Assembly: GCA_964358315.1 (NCBI GenBank)
Contig: CAYHOF010000002.1
Span: 10,738 to 74,737, forward strand
Reading direction: 5' to 3'
Origin: an uncultured Methanosarcinales archaeon
GTDB taxonomy: Archaea; Nanobdellota; Nanobdellia; Woesearchaeales; ARS49
Length of the DNA: 64,000 bases
Positions 62,802 to 64,000 of the stretch are shown piece by piece. How positions within the stretch are numbered: the first letter of the stretch is position 1; every line of letters starts with the position of its first letter. The notes under the pieces are model-generated. The model was not told the origin of the DNA and did not search any database. It saw only the letters and a program-made list of their open reading frames with translations. The translations under genes and the position numbers were made by a program.

Positions 62802-63701
62802 TTATTTTTTATCGAGCGACACTTTCATCAGGTCGTGCGCCGCGATGGTGTTCTGGAATGCTGTCTTTGCGTCCTCGAGCAGTTCGGTCGTGGTCCGGTA
62901 GCGCGCGCTGAAGTGGGTGATGAGGAGTTTCTTGACGCCGGCCTGGCTCGCGAGTTGTGCTGCCTGGCGTGCGGTCATGTGCGTGTATTCCTCCGCCTTC
63001 TCTTCGAGCGTGCTCGTGTAGCTCGCTTCGCAGACGAGCAGGTCCGCGTTCTCGGCGAGTTCGTGCGCTTCCTTGCAGGGTGACGTGTCCGTGACGAACG
63101 CCACGATCGTTCCTTTGACGATGGTCGTCGTGTCTTTCGGATGGACGGGCTTGCCTTTCCAGATGACTTCTTCGCCGCGCTGGAGCTTGCCGAGCAGCGG
63201 TCCTTCGGGGATGCCGAGTTTCTTGACCTTCGCGAGGTTGATGCGGCGCCGGTCCTTTTCCGCGATGCGATACCCGACGCACGGGATGCCGTGGTGCAGT
63301 GGCATCGCGCTGACGAGCAAGTCCTCTGTCTCGAACACCGCGCCTTTGTGCACTTCGCGCACGTCGAGATCGAGTTGTTGCTTGAACTCGAACGTGTCGA
63401 GCACGCTGCGCACGTGTTGTCGCGTGCCGCTTGGGCCATAGATGATGACGGTGCGTCCTGGCGTGCCTTGCGACATCGTCATCAGGAGGCCGGGCAGGCC
63501 CAGCACGTGGTCGCCGTGCCAGTGCGAGAGTAGGATACGGGTGACTTTGGAATGTGCGATGCCTGCATAACTGAGCTGGCGTTGCGTGCCTTCACCGCAA
63601 TCGAGCAGCATGCCTTCAGTGCGGTGCAGCAGTAGGTATGCGCTGTGGTTGCGGTCCTTGGTGGGCACCATCGCGCTCGTGCCCAAGACGACGAGTTCCA
63701 T
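62802..63701 (-). CDS. rnz: Ribonuclease Z (tRNA 3' endonuclease).
   Basis: It has the MBL motif HWHGDH and is about 300 aa from the internal ATG 63701 (MELVVLGTSA). A TATA about 25 nt upstream supports that start. Confidence 0.85.
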   Translation of the reverse strand: MELVVLGTSAMVPTKDRNHSAYLLLHRTEGMLLDCGEGTQRQLSYAGIAHSKVTRILLSHWHGDHVLGLPGLLMTMSQGTPGRTVIIYGPSGTRQHVRSVLDTFEFKQQLDLDVREVHKGAVFETEDLLVSAMPLHHGIPCVGYRIAEKDRRRINLAKVKKLGIPEGPLLGKLQRGEEVIWKGKPVHPKDTTTIVKGTIVAFVTDTSPCKEAHELAENADLLVCEASYTSTLEEKAEEYTHMTARQAAQLASQAGVKKLLITHFSARYRTTTELLEDAKTAFQNTIAAHDLMKVSLDKK

Positions 63702-63768
63702 GCTGTCGTCGAGCGGCGGGCGCTTTAAATAAGTAACCTTTTTAAGGCCGCAGGACGGCAGGACGTGC

Positions 63769-64000
63769 ATGACAGCGACCATCACGGCGGTGTTCGAGGG
63801 CGCGCGTTGCGTGACCGAGAACTCGGCAGAGGCGCAAGGCCTGTTTTCCAAGAACCGTTACGGCACGTTGCGGCCAGACGGCCGACTCGAGCTTGGCGGC
63901 TATGAAGCGCTGTTCTTGGCAGAGACAGGCAGGATCATCGTCCTCGACGGCCGCGGCAGGCAGGTGTCGCTCAAGACGCTGCGCGCGCGCATCATCGGCA
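63769..64000 (+). CDS. endA: tRNA-splicing endonuclease EndA, N-terminal part. It is truncated by the window end.
   Basis: MTATITAVFEGARCVTE...NRYGTL...LELGGYEALFLAETGRIIVLDG matches the EndA N-terminal domain. It is not in the ORF track because no stop codon falls within the window. Confidence 0.55.
   Translation, partial: MTATITAVFEGARCVTENSAEAQGLFSKNRYGTLRPDGRLELGGYEALFLAETGRIIVLDGRGRQVSLKTLRARIIG

Noticed and set aside
1-64000. rRNA genes, transposases or integrases, and CRISPR-cas loci.
   Set aside because: None were seen. No ORF shows DDE transposase or tyrosine-recombinase motifs, and there are no long non-coding stretches of rRNA size.

Overview
This 64 kb window comes from a GC-rich (about 60% by eye) archaeal chromosome. 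It covers an information-processing core in which nearly all real genes follow codon-rich GC usage. The long antisense ORFs are stop-codon-poor artefacts of GC-rich DNA. Many genes have leaderless or GTG/TTG starts, with a TATA element about 25 nt upstream.

Replication and repair genes are concentrated here: PCNA, Hef, a Toprim protein, a fused PriS-PriL(CTD) primase, MCM carrying a LAGLIDADG intein, an RPA32-like OB/wH protein, PolD large and small subunits, and Orc1/Cdc6. Orc1/Cdc6 sits next to a predicted oriC in which two inverted ORB-like repeats flank an AT-rich DUE. Hjc and an archaeal histone lie nearby.

The window also holds a complete r-protein supercluster running uL3 to uL15 and SecY, followed by a DUF106/YidC-like gene and TBP. 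Other information-processing genes are TFE-alpha, aIF2-beta, SUI1, RNase J, RNase Z, a partial EndA, tRNA-Leu(CAA) and tRNA-Gly(CCC).

The accessory content comprises a lower-GC purine cluster (purO, a PurC-PurE fusion, purB) and a Ski2/Mtr4-like DSHCT helicase next to a Nudix protein. A cysteine-rich membrane protein carries a C-terminal Kazal domain. The rest is an Ig-rich surface protein, a degenerate S2P-like M50 homolog, a 470 bp low-GC insertion carrying one gene, and two small clusters of uncharacterised coiled-coil, repeat and zinc-ribbon proteins.

No rRNA, CRISPR array or transposase was seen. Taxonomic placement cannot be fixed from the sequence alone. Several features have eukaryote-like or DPANN-like flavour: the fused primase, a PAICS-like fusion, the Mtr4-like helicase and the Kazal domain.
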